DNA of 64,000 nucleotides from an uncultured Planctomycetota bacterium (GTDB lineage Bacteria; Planctomycetota; Planctomycetia; Gemmatales; Gemmataceae): NCBI GenBank assembly GCA_963849325.1, contig CAWKHF010000010.1, positions 416,001 to 480,000 of the forward strand, read 5' to 3'. Shown piece by piece: positions 52,723 to 64,000 of this stretch (position 1 is its first letter; each line of letters starts with the position of its first letter). The notes under the pieces were generated by a model. It saw only the letters and a program-made list of their open reading frames with translations, ran no database searches and was not told where the DNA came from. The position numbers and the translations under genes were made by a program.

Positions 52723-52941
52723 TCAGGACGCCGGACGCGCTCGGCCGGGGGCGACAGTCAGAAAATCGCGGAGCAAATGACGAACCATCGCTCCCGTCGT
52801 CAAGCCGCGCTGGTGAGCGACCGTCTCCAGGATCGAAGCCTGCCAGCCGGGCAACAGCAGGGGGATCTCCACCACTTCCTCGGCCGTCAAGGGCGTCCGT
52901 GGTTCCTCAACGCACAGCGTGGAACGGGAGGGGGTACTCAT
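52723..52941 (-). CDS. small hypothetical protein, possible ribbon-helix-helix DNA-binding fold
   Basis: VVEIPLLLPGWQASILETVAHQRGLTTGAMVRHLLRDFL has a strand-helix-G-helix pattern; AGGA RBS upstream. Confidence 0.6.
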   Translation of the reverse strand: MSTPSRSTLCVEEPRTPLTAEEVVEIPLLLPGWQASILETVAHQRGLTTGAMVRHLLRDFLTVAPGRARPAS

Positions 52942-53187
52942 GGCAATCGGTCCTGACAGAGGGGATAGGCGACATTCTTTCTCCAAAGCAAACTCAATGC
53001 CAGAAGCTTTGGCTTGTTCCACTTGAGACGCAAAACTTTTCATCTTCTCAGCTTCCGCAATGCGGCGTTCAGAAAGTTGGATTACGCCCCCTGCAAGGTG
53101 CTTGCACTTTCGACAACCAATGCCCGTTTGCGGGGCGATACAATAGGACAGGGAACAATCCGCGAACGATCCCCGGAGGGGCAGCAC

Positions 53188-54380
53188 GTGGCGAAGAAGA
53201 AGAAGGTCCGCGTGGACATGCGGAAGAATCGGTCCAAGCCGCCGCGTCCGCGGGGCTGGACGCGCGACTTTCAGGACCACGGCTTCGCCGAGGAAGCGAC
53301 GACCGGGCAGGAGCGCGTGCGTGCCAAAGGAGACTTATCGCGGCGACGGACCATCATCCAGGACGAGACGGGGGCCGCCGTTGCCGCGGGACAGGAGCCG
53401 GCGGAGATGCCGACCGTGGACGTCTCGACCTGTTTACCCGGTCGCGTTCTACGCGTGCATCGGCTGTTCAGCGTGGTCGAAACGGCGGATGGCCGGTCGT
53501 ACCGCTGTGTGGTGCGCCGCTTGCTGCGCACCCTGGCCACGCACGAGCGCAACATCGTGACCACCGGCGACCGCGTCTGGATTCGTCCCACCGCAGTCGG
53601 CGGCGCCTGCATGCCGGCGGCCGGGGAGACAGCCACGGCGGACCCGGCACTCGAAGGATGGATCGAGCGCGTCGAGCCGCGCCACGGCCTGCTGACTCGG
53701 GCGTCGCGCGGACGCGAACACGTCCAGGTCGCCAACGTCGATCAGGTCGTGTTCGTCCTGTCGCTGGTCGAGCCGGAACTGAAGCCGCACCTGATCGACC
53801 GCTACCTCGCCAGCGCCGAGCAGGGCGGCATTCGGCCGATCCTCTGTCTGAACAAGGCCGACCTCGTGGACCCGGCGCGACTATCAGCCGCTGGTCGGGC
53901 TGTACAGCCAACTCGGCGTGCCGACGCTGCTGACCAGCGCCGCCGACGGCACCGGCATGGACCATGCTGCGCCAGCGTCTGCGCGACCGGGAAACCGTCT
54001 TTACCGGGCAAAGCGGCGTGGGCAAATCGTCGTTGCTCAACGCCATCCAGCCGGGCCTGGGCCTGCGCGTGCGCGAGGTCAGCGACGTCAACCAGAAGGG
54101 CCGGCACACGACGACGACAGCCGAACTGATCCGGCTCGACTTCGGCGGCTGGGTGGTGGACACGCCGGGCGTCCGGCAATTCCAGCTGTGGGACCTGCGG
54201 CCCGAGGAGGTCGAGGGGTTCTTCGCCGAGTTTCGGCCGTTCGTACCGCTGTGCGGCTACCCCGACTGCACGCACACCCACGAGGACCGCTGCGCCGTCA
54301 AGCGCGCCGTCTTCCGCCGACAGATCGGCATCTCCCGTTACACCAGCTACCTCGGCCTGTTCGCCGGCGAGGGAGCTTGA
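53188..54380 (+). CDS. rsgA: ribosome small subunit-dependent GTPase A; frameshifts near 53880-53965
   Basis: VANVDQV, LNKADL, GQSGVGKSSL, GRHTTT, DTPG and the zinc finger CGYPDCTHTHEDRCAV. Confidence 0.95.
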
Positions 54381-54560
54381 GGAGAACGGCCTCTCGGGAC
54401 GTATCAAAGCGGTATCCTCCCGCCTATAATGATAAATAGAGGAGAGAAGCCCACTTTTCGCCCGGGACAGAAACGGCGTTGTCCAGGACGCCGGCGCGAA
54501 TCCGTGGGGGCCGAGCGGATCGACGCAGCGGGATCGACCCATGTGAGGGGAGAGTGCATC

Positions 54561-55432
54561 ATGTTCGGGCTTCGCATTTCGTCGTGGAAGATGGGGTTTC
54601 TGGCCGTGGCCGGGCTGATGTTGGCGAGCGGAGCAGCCCTGGCGCATGGCGGAGGCGGGGGCGGGGGTCATGGTGGTGGCGGCGGACACGGGGGCGGCGC
54701 GCACGTTGGCGGTGGTCATTCCGGCGGTATGCACTTCGGCGGCGGTTACTATGGCGGCACCGGCATCGGACGCTACGGCGGCATCGGCATCGGCCGTTAC
54801 AGCAGCGTGGGAGGTGGATACCGGAGTGGAATTGGCTATTACTCTCCCGGCGTCTACGGCAGCTACAATCGCGGCTACGGACTCAACGGCGGTCGCTACG
54901 GCTACGGCGCCGGACTTTACGGTCTCGGGTACGGACTCGGCCTGGGTCTCGGTTACGGCTTTGGTTACGGCGGTCTTGGCTACGGCGGCTATGGTGGCGG
55001 CTACGGATACCCCTATAGCAACTACGGCTATGGCAGCGGCGGCTATCCCTATGCCTATGGCAACGGCTATACCTATGGCACGCCGGCTCTCAACGCCTAC
55101 TCCGCTTACTATCCGCCGACGGCCGGGGCCGCTCAAGGAACCCAGCGCCGCCGAAAGACAACGCGGCCCACTTGCTGATCGTCGTCCCCGAGGGAGCCGA
55201 ACTGTGGTTCAATGGCACGCAGACCTCTCAGACGGGTTCCCAGCGCGAGTTCGTCTCGCCGCCGTTGACCCCCGGCAAGGGGTACACCTACGAGATCAAG
55301 GCGCGCTGGACGGAGAACGACAAACCCGTCGAGCAGACGCGCTCGGTCCACGTGCAGGCCAATGCCTGGCAGGTGATCGACTTCACCAAGCCGCAAATGC
55401 CCGCCGTCCCCGAGGGACCGTCCGAGAAGTAA
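54561..55432 (+). CDS. TIGR03000-type planctomycete domain protein with a Gly/Tyr-rich N-terminal region; frameshift near 55145
   Basis: Signal peptide, GGY/GYG low-complexity tract, C-terminal VPEGAELWFNG..TSQTGSQREFVSPPL..GKGYTYEIKARW. Confidence 0.85.
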
Positions 55433-55448
55433 GGACGAGCGGACCCAA

Positions 55449-55497
55449 CCGAGCCGCGACCGTGAGGGAGCGGTGTTTTCTCACGGTCGCGGCTCGG
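55449..55497. repeat. REP-like palindrome (GAGCCGCGACCGTGAG type)
   Basis: CCGAGCCGCGACCGTGAG...CTCACGGTCGCGGCTCGG, between convergent genes. Confidence 0.8.
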
Positions 55498-55506
55498 ACG
55501 GCATCT

Positions 55507-55884
55507 TCATCCGCATTCGTGCAGGAAGGGTCGCAACTGTTCCTCCATCTCGCGCAACGAGTGGACGCAGAGTCCAACACCGCCCTGTTCGCGGATGTCT
55601 TGCAGAAACGCCTCCTGCTCGGCACGCGGCTTTTCGCCGGGCTTTTTCACCTCGATGGCGAGGAAATTCCCGAAGGTCTCTTTACTACCGTCGGCCAGGC
55701 GGACGGTCTGGGGCAAAATGCCGAGAATGTCGGATACGCCGCGCAGGCCGTGAAAGCCGCGGTGGACCTTCTTCACCGGGTCGAAGATCCCGGTGTTGTT
55801 CATTCGCCACGCCTTGATGCGGTGCAACGCCAGCCAATCCAGGCAAGCCCGCACGATGTCCGTTTCCTTCGTAGTCCATCGCAT
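55507..55884 (-). CDS. VRR-NUC domain nuclease
   Basis: KETDIVRAC, GVSDILG, FLAIEVKKPG...RAEQEAFL...GG pattern. Confidence 0.85.
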   Translation of the reverse strand: MRWTTKETDIVRACLDWLALHRIKAWRMNNTGIFDPVKKVHRGFHGLRGVSDILGILPQTVRLADGSKETFGNFLAIEVKKPGEKPRAEQEAFLQDIREQGGVGLCVHSLREMEEQLRPFLHECG

Positions 55885-55953
55885 GATGCTCCCTCCCGTA
55901 CTGTACATCGGTACGGTTGCGGAAGGACTTGAATGGCTTCCCGTAAGCTCGGG

Positions 55954-56283
55954 TCAGCGATAGTCTTCGCGGATGGGATGGAAGATGTCGAGGGCGCGCA
56001 CTGGCTCGTCGAGGGCGATGACCTTGTGGCGGACGTGGCCGGGGATGCGGTACAGGTCGCCGGCTTGAAGGGTCTTCTGTTCGTCACCGATGAAGAAGAT
56101 GGCCCGACCCTGCACGATCATGCCGACCTGTTCGTGCGGATGGGCATGCTCTTCGACGATGGCGTGCGGGGCCAGATCGACCACGGAAAGCATCATCTGG
56201 TCAGCCGCGCACGTCTGAATCCGTACGCCGGGGAAGATGGTATGCTGGCTGAGTTCGTCCGAACGGGGGAAAAACAGGCTCAT
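55954..56283 (-). CDS. cupin domain protein
   Basis: EHAHPHEQ...GDLYRIPGHVRH...DIFHPIREDY. Confidence 0.9.
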   Translation of the reverse strand: MSLFFPRSDELSQHTIFPGVRIQTCAADQMMLSVVDLAPHAIVEEHAHPHEQVGMIVQGRAIFFIGDEQKTLQAGDLYRIPGHVRHKVIALDEPVRALDIFHPIREDYR

Positions 56284-56293
56284 GGAGACCCCC

Positions 56294-56351
56294 AATGCGG
56301 AATGCCGAATGAAGACGAGATTTGTCTTTCATTCGGCATTCGGCATTCCAC
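56294..56351. repeat. inverted short-tandem-repeat hairpin, 7-nt unit AATGC(G/C)G / CGGCATT
   Basis: AATGCGGAATGCCGAATGA...TCATTCGGCATTCGGCATTCCAC. Confidence 0.7.
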
Positions 56352-56358
56352 GTTGATT

Positions 56359-57525
56359 TCAGCGGCCGCCATTAATCATGTAGTGGAACTCGGCGCTCTG
56401 CTTGATGACCAGACTCATGCGAACGGGGTCGAAGGAGATGGTGCCAGGTCCGCCGCGTCCTTCCCAGCTGTCCGGGTCGATGCCCTGGATCTGGCTGATA
56501 ATCATGCCGATGGCCTGCATCATCTGGAATCGATTGGCGATGGCTGGCAGCATGGGGCTGGCGACACCCATGAGATCGCCGACATAATAGGTCCGTGTTG
56601 TCAGCATCTCCTTGGCGCGGGCGATGGTCGTCACTTCGATGCTCTCGTTGCGGATGATATAGGTCAGGCCAAGGTCGGCGAGCACGCGCTTGAGGGCGGT
56701 GCGGGCACTGACGGGTTTATTGAAACGCAGGGTGACGGGCGTGTCGTAGGTGACGTTCGCTTCCTCCATCGCCCGCTTGTCGAGGAGGATGTTCTGGCCC
56801 ATGTGCTTGGAAAGGTGGTCGATGACGCTCTGGAAGGTTTCCATGTTGTAGTCCACCTCGACGGGCTTCTTGAGCGCTTCGAGGAGTGCGCGCTCGCGCG
56901 CGGTCAGCTTGGCCTGTGGAGACCGCTTCTTCGATTTCTCCAGCCAGTCGGCCGGCAGATCATAGTCGGAAGCCGCTGGCGTCGCCGACTTGACGACCTG
57001 ATCGACGGTGCCGGTGAAGCGATCGCCGGCCTTGTCGCGGACAGAGTGAACGTCGGCGATGCGCGTGGACATCGAGTTGATGCGCGAGGCGGCGGTGTCG
57101 TAGGCGGATTTTTTGTCGGCGCCGGCGCGGGGGTCCGCCGGACGGCGTGCTTCGAGCTGTGCGGCGCGGGTGGCGGGATCGCTCGTCCGGCGGACACCGG
57201 CCAGCGCTCGCAGAGAGGTGAGGTCGCGCTCCAGCGTCTTCATCAACGATGCGCGCTTCTCCGCGGAGAGGGCCGTGTCCTTGCGGAGTGTCCCGATCAG
57301 ACCCTTGATGATGTCAAAGACCCCATTGGGATCGCTGCGGAGAAGACGATACGCCTGCATGCGCCCGTCCTGAATCTCTTTCTCGATGCGCTGCGCCTCG
57401 ATTTTCAGACGTTCCCGCACGTCAGGCAGCGGATCGCGCGGTGGGTCCGCCGCCGGAGCGGCGAGCGTGCTGAGAGTCAACGAACAGACAGCAACCGAAA
57501 TGATGCGGCGCAGGGCTGCGGACAT
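56359..57525 (-). CDS. secreted protein with STN/secretin-N-like domains
   Basis: Signal peptide; VEVDYNMETFQSVIDHL...NILLDKRAMEE...LTYIIRNESIEVTT; TRTYYVGDL; IDPDSWE. Confidence 0.65.
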   Translation of the reverse strand: MSAALRRIISVAVCSLTLSTLAAPAADPPRDPLPDVRERLKIEAQRIEKEIQDGRMQAYRLLRSDPNGVFDIIKGLIGTLRKDTALSAEKRASLMKTLERDLTSLRALAGVRRTSDPATRAAQLEARRPADPRAGADKKSAYDTAASRINSMSTRIADVHSVRDKAGDRFTGTVDQVVKSATPAASDYDLPADWLEKSKKRSPQAKLTARERALLEALKKPVEVDYNMETFQSVIDHLSKHMGQNILLDKRAMEEANVTYDTPVTLRFNKPVSARTALKRVLADLGLTYIIRNESIEVTTIARAKEMLTTRTYYVGDLMGVASPMLPAIANRFQMMQAIGMIISQIQGIDPDSWEGRGGPGTISFDPVRMSLVIKQSAEFHYMINGGR

Positions 57526-57724
57526 CGGCGTTCCCCCTCCAGGTTGAAGACAGACGCACCAGCCTTCTCCCTTTTGTTTAACCTATCGTGCCGGCGATGG
57601 TTTCGCCAGCGGAAAACCCGTCGGCGGGAGGCATTCGCGCCCGCTCCCCCTACCAGGCGACAAAGCCGGCAAAGGACGCGAAGGCCATCCATTCGGCCTC
57701 GATACCCGTTCGCCTTCTCGCCCC

Positions 57725-57754
57725 TTGACGTTGGTGCGGAGTACACCCTAAGAT
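57725..57754 (+). promoter_or_regulatory. putative sigma70 promoter of tRNA-Leu
   Basis: TTGACG-N18-TAAGAT, ~40 nt upstream of the tRNA. Confidence 0.5.
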
Positions 57755-57793
57755 ATTGCACACCCTCACGACCCCTGCCCGAGGAGGGCGGTT

Positions 57794-57878
57794 GCCGAAG
57801 TGGCGGAACTGGCAGACGCGCCAGGTTCAGGACCTGGTTCCCTTAACGGGAGTGGAGGTTCGAGTCCTCTCTTCGGCA
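57794..57878 (+). tRNA. tRNA-Leu (anticodon CAG)
   Basis: Acceptor GCCGAAG/CTTCGGC, anticodon arm CCAGG-TTCAGGA-CCTGG, long variable arm, T loop GGTTCGAGTCC. Confidence 0.95.
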
Positions 57879-57887
57879 CCTTCCAAC

Positions 57888-57922
57888 AACGGCACTTACG
57901 TCCAATCGGCGTGAGTGCCGTT
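57888..57922 (+). terminator. hairpin after tRNA-Leu (possible terminator, no U-tract)
   Basis: AACGGCACTTACG...CGTGAGTGCCGTT. Confidence 0.4.
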
Positions 57923-58153
57923 CGCATGGACGGACCTATCGGCCCAACAGACCGGGCATTGGTGGGGCATTGGCAAAGGGTTTCTTGACCATGCTCGCCG
58001 CTCGATCGAGTCCTCGATCGAGCCAAAAAAATGTTTGTCTCTCTCCGATGTCCTGGTTAAGCTGAGGAGCATCCCAGGTTTAACCGGTTGCGTTCCCGGT
58101 TCCCTCCGATGAGGTGCCTCTCCCGGAGCGCGGCCCTGACAAGGAGCACAGCC

Positions 58154-58591
58154 ATGACGATGGTCCGGGACATTCTGACGAAGAAGGGATCGCACGTCTG
58201 GACGATCGGCGCTCAGGCGACGGTCCTGGAGGCGGCCCGATTCATGACCGAGCACAAGGTCGGCGCCGTCCTGGTTCTCGGCGGCGAGCGCATCGAGGGC
58301 ATGTTCAGCGAACGCGATGTTTTGCAGCGCGTGGTCGCCGAGGGGCGCGATCCCACGCGCACGACCGTCGGTGAGGTGATGACGGTGGAGGTCGCGTGCT
58401 GCACTCCCGAAACGCACATCGAAGAAGCCCGCGGCGCCATGAAGAATCGACGCATCCGCCATCTCCCGGTCGTGGACGGACAGGAACGTTTGCTCGGCGT
58501 CATCTCCATCGGCGATCTCAACGCCTACCAGGTCGCGGACCAGGAGCAGACCATTTTCCTCCTCAACGAATATCTCTACGGCCGCGTCTGA
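58154..58591 (+). CDS. CBS domain-containing protein
   Basis: AAGGAG RBS; VRDILTKKG, GMFSERD, RIRHLPVV and GVISIGDL. Confidence 0.92.
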   Translation: MTMVRDILTKKGSHVWTIGAQATVLEAARFMTEHKVGAVLVLGGERIEGMFSERDVLQRVVAEGRDPTRTTVGEVMTVEVACCTPETHIEEARGAMKNRRIRHLPVVDGQERLLGVISIGDLNAYQVADQEQTIFLLNEYLYGRV

Positions 58592-58754
58592 GTCGTCGTG
58601 AACGGCGAGGCTCGGTCCTGGAAAGATCGAGAAAAATTCGACCGAGCCTCTTGCCGCACGCGCGGGACGGTGTAAAAAACATGAATCCTTCGTGGGAAGC
58701 AAAACGTCTAATTTCTCACGAACGGTTGCGATGGCCCCTCTGGGGCGAACGCAG

Positions 58755-58767
58755 TGCTCTTTGACAA
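58755..58767 (+). promoter_or_regulatory. boxA antitermination element of the rRNA leader
   Basis: TGCTCTTTGACAA, ~240 nt upstream of the 23S rRNA. Confidence 0.75.
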
Positions 58768-58994
58768 TTTGGCAGCGGTAGAAGTTGCAATTCACGAGCA
58801 ACGGCGGCACAGCGAGCTTTGGCAAACTGTGCTGACGTTTCTTGCGATCTCTGCATGAGCCCGAGAGAGAGTAGGATCGTTACTCCTCCCACCCGACGTT
58901 GGCCGCCTGGCCGCGACGAGGTGGGGCGGTAACTTGGAAGCGATGCCGGCTTCGGTACGGTGGGTCTCCACCAGCCCGAGGGCGGGATCAATGC

Positions 58995-61878
<2,884 letters not shown>

Positions 61879-61969
61879 ATTGATCCTGCTCTCGGACCCC
61901 CACCAGGGTCCGATCCTGGACGGACCATGCAGAGAGAATTGCGACTTCGACCGCTGCCAGATCATACAA

Positions 61970-62056
61970 AGCATTCAGCGATCAGCCGTCAGCGATCAGC
62001 CAGACAAGAATCATGTCTGTGTTTGGCTGATCGCTGACGGCTGATCGCTGAATGCT
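61970..62056. repeat. inverted short-tandem-repeat hairpin, 7-nt unit TCAGCGA/TCAGCCG, in the 23S-5S spacer
   Basis: AGCATTCAGCGATCAGCCGTCAGCGATCAGCCA...TGGCTGATCGCTGACGGCTGATCGCTGAATGCT. Confidence 0.9.
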
Positions 62057-62063
62057 AAGAGCT

Positions 62064-62175
62064 TTCCCGGTGAGCAGACCTGGATGGCCCCACCCGTTCC
62101 CATTCCGAACACGGCCGTTAAGCATCCAGGGCCGATGGTAGTCCTTCGCGGGCGAGAGTAGGGTATCGCCGGGGA
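62064..62175 (+). rRNA. rrf: 5S ribosomal RNA
   Basis: TCCCGGTGA...CCACCCGTTCCCATTCCGAACACGG...GCCGATGGTAGT...GAGAGTAGG...TCGCCGGGGA. Confidence 0.95.
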
Positions 62176-62181
62176 TTTTTC

Positions 62182-62213
62182 GACGCCCCCTGCAAGAACA
62201 TGCAGGGGGCGTC
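62182..62213 (+). terminator. hairpin terminator after 5S rRNA
   Basis: GACGCCCCCTGCA-loop-TGCAGGGGGCGTC. Confidence 0.65.
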
Positions 62214-62272
62214 GCCTTCGCGCACGTGCTGTCACGCTAAGCCGCAAGTGGCAAAATGCGGAGTTACCCCGT

Positions 62273-63424
62273 ATGTCCGCTCGCTTTTCTCTGGGATTAT
62301 TCCTTATCCTCCTTCTTCTAAGTCTCTCGCTCTCGGTTCCTGCCGCACTCGATATCTCGCTTCCGACAAAAAAAGATTCTCCGTCTCCTGCCGCGCCTGA
62401 ACCGAAGATTGTCAGCCTGCAATCTCCTTCCATTAAACCAAGCCTGGCCCTTACCGAATTGACCAAGCAAACAGGTATCCATGTCGAGTTCATCACCGGT
62501 ATCTCCGACGCGCCGATCCGCCTGGACCTGAAGAATGTGACTTTCTGGCAGGCGCTCGATGCCATCGCCGCCGCCTGTGACGCTCGGGTCGATCTCTACC
62601 CCACTAGCGGACGAATCCTCCTGGCCCGACGCGGAGCCACCTATCGCCTGCCGCCAATCAGCTACGACGGGCGTTTCCGGCTCTGCGTCAAGAAAGTGAC
62701 GGTCCTGCGCGACCTGGAAATCCGCGACGACGACCCCGCTCACGGTGCTTGCAACCTCGCCGTCGAAGTCGCCTGGGATCCGGAACTCCAGCCGCTTTAT
62801 CTGGAGACTCGGCCGCACGCCGTTCGCCTAATCGACGAGAAGGACCAGGCCATCGCCGTCCCCGACGAGGGTAGTTCGCTCGCCCCGGTGGACGGCCTTA
62901 TTGCCCTTGTCCTCGATTTACGACTGCCGGCCCTGCCACGCCGTATCGCCACCATCCGCAGCCTGGAGGGCAAACTGTCGATGATTGGCCCCAGCAAAAT
63001 GCTGAGCTTTACCTTCGACACGCTCGACCGGCTCTCCAGGGCGACCGTCAACGATCCCGAACGCCGGCTCACGCAGGAGGGCGTGACTTGCCACATCTCT
63101 CGGGTGTTCCTCGATCGGGACCGCTGGACCATCCAGGTGACCATCGATTACCCACCCGGCATGAAGCAACTCGACAGCAACCAGTCCTGGGTGGTCAACA
63201 ATGAGATGGTGCTGGAATCGCTCGACGGCAAGAAGCGCTTCGCCAACAGCGGATACGTCCTGGAAACGGCAACGCCGCGCCAGGCCGTTTTGAGTTACCA
63301 CTTCCTCGACAAGGGTGCGATGGTACGCGGCAAGGCGAGCGACTGGAAGGTGATTTATCGCACGCCGGCCAACCTCCTCGATGTGCCGATCCGATTCGCA
63401 TTCAAGGACATCCCGCTGCCTTGA
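62273..63424 (+). CDS. secreted hypothetical protein (N-terminal STN-like segment)
   Basis: Signal peptide; IRLDLKNVTFWQALDAIA; beta-rich C-terminus ending FAFKDIPLP. Confidence 0.75.
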   Translation: MSARFSLGLFLILLLLSLSLSVPAALDISLPTKKDSPSPAAPEPKIVSLQSPSIKPSLALTELTKQTGIHVEFITGISDAPIRLDLKNVTFWQALDAIAAACDARVDLYPTSGRILLARRGATYRLPPISYDGRFRLCVKKVTVLRDLEIRDDDPAHGACNLAVEVAWDPELQPLYLETRPHAVRLIDEKDQAIAVPDEGSSLAPVDGLIALVLDLRLPALPRRIATIRSLEGKLSMIGPSKMLSFTFDTLDRLSRATVNDPERRLTQEGVTCHISRVFLDRDRWTIQVTIDYPPGMKQLDSNQSWVVNNEMVLESLDGKKRFANSGYVLETATPRQAVLSYHFLDKGAMVRGKASDWKVIYRTPANLLDVPIRFAFKDIPLP

Positions 63425-63544
63425 CGGGGCGGACGCTGCGCTCGCCGGTTCGTGCTAAAATGGTATACTGACTATTTCTGAGGTCCGTGCGCCGCGGGTG
63501 GAAGGATGCGGCGGCACCGCCATCGCCCAGTGTCAGGGACGTTC

Positions 63545-64000
63545 ATGGCCACGTTTCAGCCTGCCGACAACCTCCGTTCGCGGACCTTCCTTGGCGCTGC
63601 TCGTGGCGCAGTTCCTCGCCGCCTTCAACGATCAGGCCATCCACGCCTCGGCGATGTTCTTCGCCATCAACAAGGGCGCGCTCAACGAGGCCCAGGCCAT
63701 CTCGCTGATGCCGGTGCTGTTTTACGCTCCGTGGGCACTGTTCTGCACCGTGGCCGGCTACCTCGCCGATCGCTACAGCAAACGCAACTCGCTGGTCTTC
63801 TGGAAGGTCGCCGAGGTCGGCATCACGTTGATCGCCCTGCTCGGCTTCTGGCTGGGCACGCAGGGCTACCAGGCCGGGCCGTTCCTCGTGCTGTCCACCG
63901 TCTTCCTCATGGGTACGCACAGCGCCTTTTTCGTGCCGGCCAAGTACGGCGCCATGCCGGAGATCCTGCAGCCGCAAATGCTGTCGCGCGGCAACGGCGT
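63545..64000 (+). CDS. MFS transporter, LplT/Aas-type (partial; frameshift near 63590)
   Basis: AQFLAAFNDQ, AGYLADRYSKR, KVAEVGI and MGTHSAFFVPAKYGAMPEI; runs off the window. Confidence 0.85.
   Translation, partial: MATFQPADNLRSRTFLGAARGAVPRRLQRSGHPRLGDVLRHQQGRAQRGPGHLADAGAVLRSVGTVLHRGRLPRRSLQQTQLAGLLEGRRGRHHVDRPARLLAGHAGLPGRAVPRAVHRLPHGYAQRLFRAGQVRRHAGDPAAANAVARQRR

Noticed and set aside
28226-57878. Integrase-type genomic island or prophage at either tRNA
   Set aside because: I saw no integrase, no duplicated tRNA 3' end and no phage structural genes in the window.

Overview
High-GC bacterial window, most likely from a Planctomycete of the Gemmata/Gemmataceae type. The evidence is a DUF1501 protein, a TIGR03000-type protein, many secreted TPR-like proteins, a tandem Ser/Thr kinase and a 23S-5S rRNA unit with no adjacent 16S. 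It holds about 45 protein genes (including prs, a uxaE-SDR-LarA-like hexuronate cluster, tyrA, ispG, rsgA, a GH2, an Aas-like acyltransferase/ACP/ligase and a Wzc-like kinase), tRNA-Ala(CGC), tRNA-Leu(CAG), and 23S and 5S rRNA. Many genes, including housekeeping ones, carry single-base frameshifts that look like long-read assembly errors, so I give merged coordinates. Three signals stand out. (1) A minimal type VII secretion (WXG100/ESX)-like operon at 29875-34919: three small helical proteins (two with a W-x-D hairpin motif) plus a membrane-anchored, coiled-coil FtsK/SpoIIIE ATPase, in a diderm bacterium and with no other T7SS components nearby. (2) A ~0.5 kb intron-less element at tRNA-Ala, with the layout promoter / duplicated 5' 26 nt of the tRNA / PD-(D/E)XK homing-endonuclease-like ORF / intact tRNA. 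(3) Dense small repeats: REP-like palindromes and at least six inverted short-tandem-repeat hairpins, each with a different 7-9-nt unit (one is TTTAGGG). Some of these repeats supply stop codons or signal-peptide sequence to neighbouring genes. All family calls are from motif recognition by eye; no database searches were run.
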